Positions 17,766 through 26,658 of a stretch of DNA of 64,000 nucleotides are shown here, one piece after another. The notes under the pieces are model-generated. The model did no database searches. It was given only the letters and a program-made list of their open reading frames with translations, and had not been told where the DNA came from. Within the stretch, counting starts at the first letter, position 1. The number at the start of each line of letters is the position of its first letter. This DNA comes from Verrucomicrobiota bacterium (GTDB lineage: Bacteria > Verrucomicrobiota > Verrucomicrobiia > Chthoniobacterales > UBA10450), in assembly GCA_003218945.1 (NCBI GenBank), contig QHPE01000150.1, positions 665-64,664 of the forward strand, read 5' to 3'. Made by a program: the position numbers and the translations under genes.

Positions 17766-18565
17766 CTGCGCCCCGTCACCACGAACAGGTCCTCCAGATG
17801 GGAAAGGTCCACGGCAGGTGTGAGTTGCGCCTGTCCATCCAAGGCGCGAACGCGAAAACTTTTTACCACTCCGATGAGTAAACCCGAGGGGAAAACACCG
17901 CCTACGCCTGAAGTATAAACTTTCTGCCCCGGCTTGAGGTCAGCCTGTTTTGACAAGAAATTCAGGTCCAATACCGGCGTGAGTCCACTGGTTACGCGCT
18001 CGCCGGAAACGATGCCCTGTTCGCGACTTCCTTCCACTGATGCTGCGACCCGGCAACTTTCATCGGAAATCAACAAAACGACTGAGATTGTCTCGCTTAC
18101 GGTAGTGGTCTTTCCCACCAGGCCTACATCGGTTACCACCGGCATGTCGGTTTCAATTGCGTCTCTCTTCCCGCGATTAATGGTAAGGGTTCGCCACCAA
18201 CTCGAAGAGTCGCGCGCGATCACTTCCGTAGGGACTAACTTGAACACGGAACGCTCGCGATAGTTGAGGGCGTGGCGCAGCCGGTTCACTTCATGTTCAA
18301 CATCGCGCAAGGCTTGGTTAGTGGCGCGCAGCTCTCGATTCTCTACCTGTAAGGTAGCGGTCTCGTGCTCTAATTGGTCAAGCGACTTTAACCCCGACCG
18401 CACCGAGGTAATCTGCTTTTTGATTCCCGAGCCACCGGTCAAGAATGGCGCCAGCAGCCGATAAACACCAGCCTTGAACTTTTGAGTGGTCTCCGGCCCG
18501 AAGCTGAGGAAATACCCGAGAATCGCGCCGAAAATCAGCAGGGCGATGACATTTGTACGGCTCAT
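17762..18565 (-). CDS. mreC: Rod shape-determining protein MreC
   Basis: It has an N-terminal transmembrane helix, a coiled coil (LQVENRELRATNQALRD) and the MreC beta-domain (VVTDVGLVGKTTTVSE, VYTSGVGGVFPSGLLIG). Confidence 0.9.
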   Translation of the reverse strand: MSRTNVIALLIFGAILGYFLSFGPETTQKFKAGVYRLLAPFLTGGSGIKKQITSVRSGLKSLDQLEHETATLQVENRELRATNQALRDVEHEVNRLRHALNYRERSVFKLVPTEVIARDSSSWWRTLTINRGKRDAIETDMPVVTDVGLVGKTTTVSETISVVLLISDESCRVAASVEGSREQGIVSGERVTSGLTPVLDLNFLSKQADLKPGQKVYTSGVGGVFPSGLLIGVVKSFRVRALDGQAQLTPAVDLSHLEDLFVVTGRR

Positions 18566-18625
18566 TTCAAAGCCGAGCGTTTCGCAAAGCCTCCCACCGG
18601 CGCTCGAGAAAATGCCGTTGGTTGT

Positions 18626-19663
18626 TTAGCGCCACTGGCGATCAGCTGAAGCCACCTGGCGCAAAAATTTAAGTTCATTGAGGCATTTGCCTGTTCCTTC
18701 CGCCACTGCGCTGAGCGGGTCTTCCGCTACATGAACAGGCAACCCGGTTTCCTCACTCAAAAGCTTGTCAAAGCCGCGCAGCAGGGCGCCACCGCCGGCC
18801 AGCACAAGCCCACGATCCACCAAGTCCGCTGATAGCTCCGGTGGGCAGCGTTCCAAGGTAATGCGCACCGAATCGACAATCGTCGAAATCGGTTCGAGCA
18901 AAGCTTCCCGAACCTCTTGAGAAGTGATCATCAGCGTTTTCGGCAGGCCTGCCACGAGATCGCGCCCTTTAACTTCAACACTCGTTTCTTTTTCGCTCGG
19001 ATAAGCCGAGCCGATTTTGATTTTGATTTCTTCGGCGGTGCGTTCGCCGACCATCAAGTTATAGGCGCGCTTCATGTACTGCACGATTGCCTCGTCCAGT
19101 TCATCGCCCGCTACGCGCACGCTGCGACTAAACACGATTCCTGAAAGCGAAATGATCGCGACTTCCGTCGTTCCTCCGCCAATATCAATGATCATGTTAC
19201 CTGCAGGATCCTGCACTGGCAGCCCTACGCCGATCGCCGCCGCCATTGGTTCCTCGATCAGATAAACCTCGCGAGCGCCGGCATGAGTCGCCGATTCGCG
19301 CACCGCTCGCTTTTCCACCTCTGTAATGCCGGATGGCACTGCGATAACTACCCGCGGTCGCACCCGTACCCGGCGGTTGTGCACCTTGCTAATGAAGTGG
19401 CGCAACATCGCCTCGGTAACCTCGAAATCGGCAATCACCCCGTCCTTCAACGGACGCACCGCAACAATGTTGGCCGGAGTGCGGCCGAGCATGCGTTTGG
19501 CCTCGTCACCAACTGCGAGGACGCGATTGGTGCCGGCCTGCACCGCCACAACCGATGGTTCACGTAAAACGATCCCCTGATCTTTTACGTAAACGAGCGT
19601 GTTAGCTGTACCGAGATCAATCCCAATGTCGCTGGATAGCCAGCCGAAAACGCGGTTGAACAT
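18626..19663 (-). CDS. mreB: Rod shape-determining actin homologue MreB
   Basis: Conserved motifs include [31 protein letters not shown] and [11 protein letters not shown]. Confidence 0.97.
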   Translation of the reverse strand: MFNRVFGWLSSDIGIDLGTANTLVYVKDQGIVLREPSVVAVQAGTNRVLAVGDEAKRMLGRTPANIVAVRPLKDGVIADFEVTEAMLRHFISKVHNRRVRVRPRVVIAVPSGITEVEKRAVRESATHAGAREVYLIEEPMAAAIGVGLPVQDPAGNMIIDIGGGTTEVAIISLSGIVFSRSVRVAGDELDEAIVQYMKRAYNLMVGERTAEEIKIKIGSAYPSEKETSVEVKGRDLVAGLPKTLMITSQEVREALLEPISTIVDSVRITLERCPPELSADLVDRGLVLAGGGALLRGFDKLLSEETGLPVHVAEDPLSAVAEGTGKCLNELKFLRQVASADRQWR

Positions 19664-19856
19664 GAATATTATTAGCAGCAGGTCAGCTCGAAAGAAACGC
19701 GTTCACGCGGCGCGATTCGGCCGGCTGAAACGCCGTAACATGGAAAGACGCAGCCCGTCGTCAAGCCTATTTCTCTAGCAGCGATGAGATGTTGCAACGC
19801 TGGAGTATTGCAGCGGCGCTTGCTATCGCTCAATTACTCCATTACTCAACCATTCA

Positions 19857-20516
19857 ATGGGAAAAGTGATCGTCGCTCCATCCATTCTGGCCGCGGATTT
19901 CTCGCGGCTGGCTGAGGAAATCCACCGCGTCGAAGTCGCCGGCGCGGATTGGATCCATTGCGACATCATGGACGGCCATTTCGTCGATAACATTTCCTTC
20001 GGGCCGGATGTTGTCCGGCTGGTGCGAAAGGAAACAAGTCTGCCGTTGGATGTGCATCTCATGATCGAGCACGCCGATCATTATGTGCCGCGATTTGCGA
20101 AGGCCGGCGCGAACTCAATCACAGTGCACGTCGAACCAGAGGCGAGACACGATGTCGTAAAAACCTTGCAGCGCATTCGAGATGCTGGTTGTCGCGCCGG
20201 CCTGACGTTGAATCCGGAAACAGCATTTGAATTAGTCGAACAGTTCCTCGGCAAATTCGATATGCTGCTCGTCATGACGGTCCATCCGGGTTTCGGCGGA
20301 CAACCGTTTCGCGCTGATCAGATGGGAAAAGTCAGGCGCGCGGTGGCATGGAACTCATCCGGTGGGCACAAGATCGACATCGAAGTCGATGGCGGCATTA
20401 ATCCAAAAACCGCCCGAATCTCAGTGGAAAACGGAGCAAACGTGCTCGTCGCCGGGACATCGATCTTTCATTCCAAAGATTACGCCAAGGCAATTCGTGA
20501 CTTGCGCGGCGAGTAA
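19857..20516 (+). CDS. rpe: Ribulose-phosphate 3-epimerase
   Basis: Conserved motifs include APSILAADF, HCDIMDGHFV, VHPGFGGQ and EVDGGI. Confidence 0.95.
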   Translation: MGKVIVAPSILAADFSRLAEEIHRVEVAGADWIHCDIMDGHFVDNISFGPDVVRLVRKETSLPLDVHLMIEHADHYVPRFAKAGANSITVHVEPEARHDVVKTLQRIRDAGCRAGLTLNPETAFELVEQFLGKFDMLLVMTVHPGFGGQPFRADQMGKVRRAVAWNSSGGHKIDIEVDGGINPKTARISVENGANVLVAGTSIFHSKDYAKAIRDLRGE

Positions 20517-20536
20517 GATGACGAGCAATCGTTGGG

Positions 20537-22294
20537 CTAATGTACTTCAGCCGTTTCAGCCGCGACCACAGGCTCGGCTTCTTCGGTTGTTTCAGCCATT
20601 ACTTCGTCAGTCTGTGTAACTCGCACAACTTCTTCGATCGTTGTTTTGCCCTGGGCTACGCGCCGCCAGCCGTCCTGCCGCAAAGTTTCCATTCCTTCGG
20701 CAATTGCGCACTGCTTAAGCTCGCCGCCGTCGCGTTTTTGCATGATCATTTTTCGCAACGGCTCGGTGATAAGACAGATTTCGTATATAGCCGCGCGCCC
20801 CTGGTAGCCAGTCTGCCGGCATTGATCACAACCCGCGCCGCGCTGAAACTGAGTGCCATGTTCTCTCACGGGGAAACCAATCTCGGTCAGGTATTCGCGA
20901 GGATAATCAACTAGTTGTGCGCACTCCGGACAAATCGTGCGTACCAGGCGTTGAGCGATGAAGGCTTTGACCACCGACGCGAGCAGAAACGGCTCCACAT
21001 CCATGTCGAGCAAACGCGTGATGCCGCCCACAGCATCGTTGGTGTGCAGCGTACTGAAAACGAGGTGACCGGTCATCGCTGCGCGAATCGCGATGTCGGC
21101 GGTTTCGACGTCGCGAATCTCACCCACCATCACCACGTTCGGATCCTGCCGCAGAATGTGGCGAAGACCTTTGGCGAACGTCAGATCAATCTCCGGCTTC
21201 ACGTCAATTTGCGACACACCGGGAATGCGATATTCAACCGGTTCTTCGATAGTGATGATGCGCCGCTGCACCGAATTGATGCTGCTGAGGAAGCAATACA
21301 GCGAAGTTGACTTCCCACAACCAGTCGGTCCCGTAAGCAGGATAATACCGTTTGGCTGTGTCAGTAGATGACGAATGATTCCTTCCTGCTTTTCGCCCAG
21401 GTCGAGTCGGTCAAATCCAAACTGCTGCTCACCACGACTCAGCAAACGCAGACTGATTGACTCGCCGCAGACGGTTGGAATGGTCGAAACGCGTACGTCT
21501 ATCTCCACATTGCCCGCGAGCAGATTCATTCGGCCGTCCTGAGGCAATCGGCGCTCCGCGATGTCCATGTGCGACATCACCTTCAAGCGCGAGATGATGG
21601 CTGATTGCAGGACGCGCAGTTGCGGCGGCACAGCGACCTCGTGCAAGATTCCATCGATCCGATACCTGATCCGAAGGTCGTTTTCCAGCGGCTCGACGTG
21701 AATATCAGTAGCGCGCTCCGCAATCGCTTCGCGGATGATCTGGTTAACGAATTTCACTACGGACGCTTCGGGATCATCCGCATTCAGCTCAATGGCGGCG
21801 TCGGCATTCTCCAACGCATCCATCGAACCCCTCGTCTTCAGAATCTCGTCGAAAGTTTCCGCGCCGACGCCATAGAGGGCTTTCATTGTGCGCAACAGCT
21901 GCGCGCGCGGCACCAGCACCCACTCAGCTGGTTTTTTCAAGAGCTGCCCTGCAAGTTGTCGTCCGATCGAATTGAAAAGATCGTAAGTCGCCAACACGAC
22001 CGAATTTTCCTTTACCTCGATTGGCAAAATGTGATGTTGAAACACGAAACGGCTCGGCAGGATTGATAAGGTGGCCCGATCAATGTTTTTCGCGTCAATC
22101 GAGACGATCGATACCCGGAAGAATTTTCCGATTGCGCCGAGGAACCGTTGTTCGTCCACCTTGCCGGAATCCAGCACCTGATTCACCCACGAACCGCCGT
22201 TGAGATTTGTCGCCAGCTGTGCAGCCTCTTCGCTGGAAGGCACACCGCTTTCCAGCAGCAAATTGATGAGCGATTGACTGGGAGCCGTGTTCAT
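20537..22294 (-). CDS. gspE: GspE/PilB-family secretion ATPase
   Basis: It has an N-terminal T2SSE_N-like domain. The Walker A motif is GPTGCGKST and the Walker B region is VVMVGEIRD. The tetracysteine zinc site is CPEC...CDQC. Confidence 0.9.
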   Translation of the reverse strand: MNTAPSQSLINLLLESGVPSSEEAAQLATNLNGGSWVNQVLDSGKVDEQRFLGAIGKFFRVSIVSIDAKNIDRATLSILPSRFVFQHHILPIEVKENSVVLATYDLFNSIGRQLAGQLLKKPAEWVLVPRAQLLRTMKALYGVGAETFDEILKTRGSMDALENADAAIELNADDPEASVVKFVNQIIREAIAERATDIHVEPLENDLRIRYRIDGILHEVAVPPQLRVLQSAIISRLKVMSHMDIAERRLPQDGRMNLLAGNVEIDVRVSTIPTVCGESISLRLLSRGEQQFGFDRLDLGEKQEGIIRHLLTQPNGIILLTGPTGCGKSTSLYCFLSSINSVQRRIITIEEPVEYRIPGVSQIDVKPEIDLTFAKGLRHILRQDPNVVMVGEIRDVETADIAIRAAMTGHLVFSTLHTNDAVGGITRLLDMDVEPFLLASVVKAFIAQRLVRTICPECAQLVDYPREYLTEIGFPVREHGTQFQRGAGCDQCRQTGYQGRAAIYEICLITEPLRKMIMQKRDGGELKQCAIAEGMETLRQDGWRRVAQGKTTIEEVVRVTQTDEVMAETTEEAEPVVAAETAEVH

Positions 22295-22304
22295 TCAACA
22301 AACC

Positions 22305-22715
22305 TCACGGCATGTGTAGCGCCCGCCGCACGGGCGTGGTAAGCGTACCGGTCACGCGCATAGAATAATTCTTTTGGAGCCGCGCTATGGCGAAGCTTAC
22401 TTGTGGTGAAAATACACCATCGACGGGACCGCAATAATAGCCCAGCCTTAGCAACGCAGTTTGCATCGATCCAACATACGCGGGATCGAGAACAAGTTGG
22501 TCGGTGCCCTTAAAATAGTAATTCCACCGCCACCGATATCTGGGCGCAAAATCGGTGGAGTTCACATGAGGCGTCTGATGAGTGGTTCCCCATTCGTCGC
22601 GTTGAGCCAACGGATCGATCGATCGAAAAATACCGTAATCGACAACATCAAACTCGTCGGCCTGCGCGACTGTTGCTCCCAATCCGATGATCAAAGCGAG
22701 TGCTATTCGTTTCAT
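22305..22715 (-). CDS. Secreted protein with a C-terminal peptidoglycan-binding domain (PG_binding_1-like)
   Basis: The signal peptide is MKRIALALIIGLGATVAQA. An aromatic patch (YRWRWNYYFKG) precedes the PG-binding-like region MQTALLRLGYYCGPVDGVFSPQVSFAIARLQKNYSMRVTGTLTTPVRRAL. Confidence 0.7.
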   Translation of the reverse strand: MKRIALALIIGLGATVAQADEFDVVDYGIFRSIDPLAQRDEWGTTHQTPHVNSTDFAPRYRWRWNYYFKGTDQLVLDPAYVGSMQTALLRLGYYCGPVDGVFSPQVSFAIARLQKNYSMRVTGTLTTPVRRALHMP

Positions 22716-22730
22716 AACACGATGGGTTTA

Positions 22731-25163
22731 CTACATATCTTTGCTCGCAGGAAGATCCGGGGGCGGCAACGGTAACTGTTTGCCACCTTCCACTTTCGGG
22801 CAGTCCGGGCACTCCGCTTGATCGAGTTCTGGGCCAAAATGTGTATTGGTGTTCTCCCATTTTTGGCGCAGCCGATACTGGTCCAGTTTGGTCAGCGTCA
22901 CCTGCGGACACATGAGAATGATTAACTCTCGGCGCTCCTTACTTGTTGACGTGCCACGGAACGCCGCGCCGATTAGTGGAATGCGCGAGAGATAAGGAAT
23001 ACCGCTGTAACTCTTTTGCTTTTGGTCTTCAATCAATCCCCCTAGAATAATCGTCGATCCATTGTTCGCGGAAACATTAGTGCGGATATAACGCGTGTCG
23101 ATTGTTGGGACCGAGTTACCACTGATGACTACGTTTCCGTTCGGGACAATACTGTCGATCTTTTGCAAAATATCGAGCGACACTTCCTTTTCGGAGTTAA
23201 TGAGGGGCACGACCTCGAGCTGAAGCACGACCTGCTTGTACTCGATGCTCGCCGAAACAGCAGCTGTTGTACCCAATGTAGCGGTCGCATTTGTAAGCGT
23301 ACTTACCGGGACCGGAACCTCTTGGCCGGAAGCGATAATCGCTTTTTTGTTGTTGCTTGTGAAAACCGTCGGACGCGAGAGAACTTTGAACCGGCTGGTG
23401 GACTCAAGCAGATGTACAATCGTGGCGAACGCATTGCCAGCTGCGATATAAAGGTTTGTACCCCCACCTACGTTCTGAATAATTTGACTGAAATTGATTA
23501 GATTGGAGGGATCGAGAATGTTGCCGGTGACGGCAGGCGATGCCGAGGTATTGGGAAGAGGAATTCCCGGAGCATTCGGCAACCCCGAGAGGTTATTTGA
23601 GGTTCCCACGAACCGCTTACCGTACTTTGCGAAGTAATCAGCGCCGAATTCCTCGTTGTTGGTGAGTGTCAACTGACCGATGACCGTGCTCAGCGCCACT
23701 TGCGGCGCCTGGACGTCCATCTGGTCGAGAACCTTTTCCACTTTCACCACAACCTCGCGGTTTCCGAGGACGATGATGGAGTTGGCGCGCTGATCTGCGA
23801 TGAGCTTGGAATTTCCGACGGCGACGGCCTGCGGCGTAGTGTTTACGGGTTGCGTGGAGAGTTCCTCCGAAATATTCAATGTGCTGCCGCTCGAGCTGCC
23901 GCCCAAGCCAGTGGTGTTGTTCTGATTCAAGTAGGAATTTGTTCCTGCGCCTCCTCGTTGCTGTTGTTGCTGTTGCGGTTGCGGACTGGCGCCAGGGAGC
24001 CCGAGCCCGCCACCGGGAGCGCCGCCAGCACCCTCGGCGCCCGGCTCGGTTAGCGCCTGAACCAACACAGGCAGAACGTCACCGGCAGAAACGTACTGCA
24101 AATAGCGGGTAACGGGCTTCGCAAATTCAACGTTGGCATCAAACTCGTGGATCAACTGTCGAATGAACGGCATGTTAATCGGCCGCGTCACGATGTGAAT
24201 GCGGTTCGTGCGGACGTCAGGAGTAATCTTAATTTTCCCAACGATGACTGCTTCTTCGGAAAGAATACCGCCTCCTCCCTCAGCCTGCATTGGCTGCGGC
24301 ACACCTCCGGGCATCTTTACTCCACGAACACCCGGTTGGCCCGGCGTTTCCGATTCTTTTTCGAAAATCTCCTTGAGCATATCGACCACCTTGCTGGCAT
24401 CCGCGCGCTCCAGCTTGATGAACTCGCTCACTACTTCTGCCGGCGCCACGTCCACTTGTTCGATTACACCAGCCAGTTGTCTGATAATGTCGGCGTTTTG
24501 CGTTACCAGGAGACTGGACGATTTTGGCAGAGCCAAAATATTGATGGTGCCAGAGCTTCCCTGGAAATACGCCATTAGAACCTGCTGAAGTTCCTGCGGG
24601 TCGGCATACTGCAGCCGGAAAAGAAAGCTAATCATTGGGTTGCCCGGCGGGATGTCCGCAAGATCTGAGATGATGGGAACAGGCGCCTTGCGCGGGTTCT
24701 GCCCGGCGCCGACCACATCGACGATATCCCGCCCAGCCGGGACAAGCGAAATGCCATTGAGCGCCATGCTCATCTCAATGATCTTGATTGCCTCTTCGCG
24801 CGACACGTCCTTGGCGATAAAAATGTTCACCTTCCCTTGTACGAAATTATCCATGACTAATTTCTTGCCGGTAAGCTGCTCATAGAGATGCAACACATCG
24901 ACCACATCGCTGTTGGGGAATTGGAGCCGGACTGTGGCCGGCGCATTCGGCGGAGCAGCAGGCGGATCCTCGGGGGCTTGCGGATTGACTGCTTTAACGG
25001 CCGGCACCGTGGGGCGTTGCGATCCGCCCTGAGCGGAAACCATGGTCGCGCTGGCAAGCACGAGCGTCACGATACAGAAAAGCCGGTGCACAGTCCGTTG
25101 TTGCTGGATGGGCGACCCTAGTAGATTTATGAAACCCGTCAACGTATTTCCCTCCAGTGGCAA
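22731..25163 (-). CDS. gspD: Secretin (GspD/PilQ family outer membrane channel)
   Basis: N0/N1-type repeats precede a Gly/Gln-rich linker (QPQQQQQQRGGAG). The C-terminal secretin domain ends in SGIPYLSRIPLIGAAFRGTSTSKERRELIILMCPQV. The exact start is uncertain. Confidence 0.88.
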   Translation of the reverse strand: MPLEGNTLTGFINLLGSPIQQQRTVHRLFCIVTLVLASATMVSAQGGSQRPTVPAVKAVNPQAPEDPPAAPPNAPATVRLQFPNSDVVDVLHLYEQLTGKKLVMDNFVQGKVNIFIAKDVSREEAIKIIEMSMALNGISLVPAGRDIVDVVGAGQNPRKAPVPIISDLADIPPGNPMISFLFRLQYADPQELQQVLMAYFQGSSGTINILALPKSSSLLVTQNADIIRQLAGVIEQVDVAPAEVVSEFIKLERADASKVVDMLKEIFEKESETPGQPGVRGVKMPGGVPQPMQAEGGGGILSEEAVIVGKIKITPDVRTNRIHIVTRPINMPFIRQLIHEFDANVEFAKPVTRYLQYVSAGDVLPVLVQALTEPGAEGAGGAPGGGLGLPGASPQPQQQQQQRGGAGTNSYLNQNNTTGLGGSSSGSTLNISEELSTQPVNTTPQAVAVGNSKLIADQRANSIIVLGNREVVVKVEKVLDQMDVQAPQVALSTVIGQLTLTNNEEFGADYFAKYGKRFVGTSNNLSGLPNAPGIPLPNTSASPAVTGNILDPSNLINFSQIIQNVGGGTNLYIAAGNAFATIVHLLESTSRFKVLSRPTVFTSNNKKAIIASGQEVPVPVSTLTNATATLGTTAAVSASIEYKQVVLQLEVVPLINSEKEVSLDILQKIDSIVPNGNVVISGNSVPTIDTRYIRTNVSANNGSTIILGGLIEDQKQKSYSGIPYLSRIPLIGAAFRGTSTSKERRELIILMCPQVTLTKLDQYRLRQKWENTNTHFGPELDQAECPDCPKVEGGKQLPLPPPDLPASKDM

Positions 25164-25224
25164 CTTCCCTCAATGCTCTAGCTTCGGGCCGCAGGGACTG
25201 GTAGTTTATAGGAGATCGCTATCA

Positions 25225-25680
25225 TTGCAAACGAGAGTCACGCTTCCAATCACGTGTTGTATTCTGGCAGCGACCGCCATCTGCGCCGGACCGCAACAGT
25301 CCACAAGTCCGGTTGCCGAGATACAATCAGTCCTTCGCGCGCAACAGGACGCTTGGAACCGCGGCGACGTCGACGGGTTCATGAACGGCTACGCACGCTC
25401 GCCATCGACTGTTTTTGTGGCAGACGATGAAGTCAGGCGTGGTTGGGAAACAGTCCGCGAACGATACCGGCAAAAATATTCTGATCGGACGAAGATGGGG
25501 GCACTTGCTTTCTCCGATGTTGAAATCAAGCCGTTATCGCCTGATGCGGCTGTCGTACTCGGTCGTTGGCGTCTAGCGCGGGCAAATGACGAGCCGCATG
25601 GACGCTTCACACTGATTTTCAGACGAATGCCGGAAGGCTGGCGTATTGTTCACGATCATACGAGCGCGGCGAAGGACTAG
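25225..25680 (+). CDS. SnoaL-like / DUF4440 (NTF2 fold) protein with a signal peptide
   Basis: An AGGAGA sequence lies 9 nt upstream of the TTG at 25225. The product reads LQTRVTLPITCCILAATAICAG followed by LRAQQDAWNRGDVDGFMNGY...FTLIFRRMPEGWRIVHDHTS. The ORF-track start at 25042 would overlap the secretin start. Confidence 0.7.
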   Translation: MQTRVTLPITCCILAATAICAGPQQSTSPVAEIQSVLRAQQDAWNRGDVDGFMNGYARSPSTVFVADDEVRRGWETVRERYRQKYSDRTKMGALAFSDVEIKPLSPDAAVVLGRWRLARANDEPHGRFTLIFRRMPEGWRIVHDHTSAAKD

Positions 25681-25760
25681 CTGTCCCGGTGGCGCTATGA
25701 CCGCCCATTCTCGTGCGTTTTGTATGGACGAGAGAAAATCACGCGTGTTAGAAGCAATGC

Positions 25761-26285
25761 GTGTATTGCACACAGTGCGGAAAAGTTCTGCTGAGTAATG
25801 CCTCCTACTGCAGCTATTGCGGCGCTGCCGCAGCCGGGACTGCCGCGGCATCAGAGGGTGGATCGGCCTCAGACTTACGCCCTCCCACGGGTGACTCTCG
25901 TCCTCCTTTCGCAGGATCATCCGAGACAACTCGTCCCCGATTCAAGATACCAAAATGGATGCGATATATCGCGATTCTTCTCTTGCTGCTCCTGTTCTCC
26001 AAAGTTCTCGAGCACTTCTCGGAGAGTTTCAAGCAAGTGTTACACGCTGCCGATAATTTCTTTAAACATGGTGTAGAGAACGTCGCGCCTTTTCACTTGT
26101 GTGCGGTTTTTTATCGCAACATTCTTGACGACTTATCCTCATCCTCTCAACAGGGCAGCGCCAGTCTGGGGCGACAATTGCCATCGCTATCGGCTCGGCG
26201 TTTCAAACCCTCGGAACGATATTCAAGGAGGGTCCGGCCAGCGTCTTCACAGCTGCGATTGTCCTGTTCTGCGGAATTTCCCTAA
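25761..26285 (+). CDS. Zinc-ribbon membrane protein; the 3' part of this frame looks non-coding
   Basis: The GTG start gives MYCTQCGKVLLSNASYCSYCG (CxxC-x12-CxxC). A linker and one transmembrane helix (YIAILLLLLLF) follow. After about 26130 the frame becomes Arg/Ser-rich, while the +2 frame looks coding. Confidence 0.5.
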   Translation: MYCTQCGKVLLSNASYCSYCGAAAAGTAAASEGGSASDLRPPTGDSRPPFAGSSETTRPRFKIPKWMRYIAILLLLLLFSKVLEHFSESFKQVLHAADNFFKHGVENVAPFHLCAVFYRNILDDLSSSSQQGSASLGRQLPSLSARRFKPSERYSRRVRPASSQLRLSCSAEFP

Positions 26286-26551
26286 CCTTTGATCGAAAAG
26301 CCGACCACCCGTTTCTTGCTACGCTGTTTCTAGCACCTGTCGTGGGCGGATGTTTTGTTTATCTGTTGCTGCTGTTCATGCTGCTCCTCGGCGCTTCATG
26401 TGGGGCAGGAGCGGCTGCCATCGGCTACGTCGGCACGACTTACCCGCTGGTCAAAGAGTGTGTGTTAGTCGCAATCGAAACCAAGGAACACGAAATTGCT
26501 GATCGAGTTGTGGATAGATTGGCTAGAAAATTGGAATGGCCACGAGGCTGA
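26129..26551 (+). CDS. Hydrophobic open frame without a canonical start before 26342; probably the continuation of the zinc-ribbon gene
   Basis: Hand translation gives RLILILSTGQRQSGATIAIAIGSAFQTLGTIFKEGPASVFTAAIVLFCGISLTFDRKADHPFLATLFLAPVVGGCFVYLLLLFMLLLGASCGAGAAAIGYVG...RLARKLEWPRG, which looks like 3-4 transmembrane helices. The ORF track lists only the last 69 aa. Confidence 0.5.
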   Translation, partial: RLILILSTGQRQSGATIAIAIGSAFQTLGTIFKEGPASVFTAAIVLFCGISLTFDRKADHPFLATLFLAPVVGGCFVYLLLLFMLLLGASCGAGAAAIGYVGTTYPLVKECVLVAIETKEHEIADRVVDRLARKLEWPRG

Positions 26552-26658
26552 GGCTAAGGGCGACTGCTTGATGGGCGTCGATCTCGAATAGTTGAACGAC
26601 AGATCGACTTCGCGCTTTGGTTTCGATCCATCAGGATTTCGGCGTCACAGAGCGGATA

